A stretch of DNA of 6,584 bases from Octopus sinensis (Eukaryota). This document shows, piece after piece, positions 6,176 through 6,584 of this stretch. The stretch is taken from assembly GCF_006345805.1 (NCBI RefSeq), contig NW_021829277.1, positions 1-6,584 of the forward strand. The letters run 5' to 3'. The notes beneath the pieces are model-generated. The model saw only the letters and a program-made list of their open reading frames with translations. It had not been told where the DNA came from and did not search any database. Both the position numbers and the translations under genes were made by a program. Position 1 is the first letter of the stretch. Each line of letters starts with the position of its first letter.

Positions 6176-6441
6176 ATGGAAAATGTGCTTAACAGCGCTA
6201 GGGTTAGAGCCCCTAACTACACTGTCAAGGAACAGACTGGTCCTTATGACTCTGCTGGTATAGAGCCACAGGAAGGGCCACTGGACAATGGACCAGCTGT
6301 CTCTGAAACAAATATAAAGAACACCTTTTTGTGCTGCAGAGGAACCATAAAATTGGCACTCTGAATGTGGGGACAGTTGGGGCGCCGGAGAAGAGAGAGG
6401 AGTTGGGTCATCTGTTTGAGGAGAGTGGTATGCAGATACTT
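6176..6441 (+). pseudogene. Frameshifted N-terminus of a non-LTR retrotransposon ORF (AP-like endonuclease, probably RTE clade), truncated by a SINE
   Basis: ORF 6176 ends ...NTFLCCRGTIK. The -1 frame from 6352 reads IGTLNVGTVGAPEKREELGHLFEESGMQIL, matching the (I/L)GT(L/W)NV...EL......IL start of LINE APE domains. One extra A in the run at 6349-6352 would fuse the frames. The clade assignment is inference. Confidence 0.72.
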
Positions 6442-6584
6442 ATTTCGTTATTGCTCACAAGGGGCTAAACATACAGGGGACAAACAAGGACAGACAAATG
6501 GATTAAGTCGATTATATCGACCCTAGTGCGTAACTGGTACTTATTTAATCGACCCCGAAAGGATGAAAGGCAAAGTCGACATCG
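6438..6584 (-). mobile_element. Meta-domain-like SINE, 3' part (runs off the window edge)
   Basis: The reverse complement matches the 184-bp trimer unit from gtcgactttgcctttcatcc to gcaataacgaaataagt. Confidence 0.92.

Noticed and set aside
6322-6363. Programmed -1 ribosomal frameshift in the LINE fragment
   Set aside because: There is no X XXY YYZ heptamer in the right frame. A 1-nt deletion in an A-run of a dead copy is simpler.

Overview
Repeat-dense, AT-rich eukaryotic DNA with no intact protein-coding gene. The repeat families and microsatellite load look like an octopus (coleoid cephalopod) genome; this is recognition from memory, not a database result. Most of the window is nested retroelements from three tRNA-headed SINE families. 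(1) A ~410-bp composite SINE with a CORE-like motif and a central microsatellite, in five full or partial copies. (2) A V-domain-like SINE with a 12-bp TSD. (3) A Meta-domain-like SINE, present as a head-to-tail trimer with a 13-bp TSD and as a second copy that interrupts a frameshifted LINE endonuclease N-terminus. The most notable signals are two type I hammerhead ribozyme candidates of the Penelope-like-element (PLE) kind. One has a canonical core (5285-5370, +) inside a 97-bp inverted repeat. The other is a minimal variant (4304-4338, -). Both lie in fragments bounded by TA-rich microsatellite within copies of the composite SINE. There is also a candidate 19-nt micro-exon on the - strand and a degenerate HDV-like fold at the left edge. 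Ribozyme activity and splicing are untested predictions.
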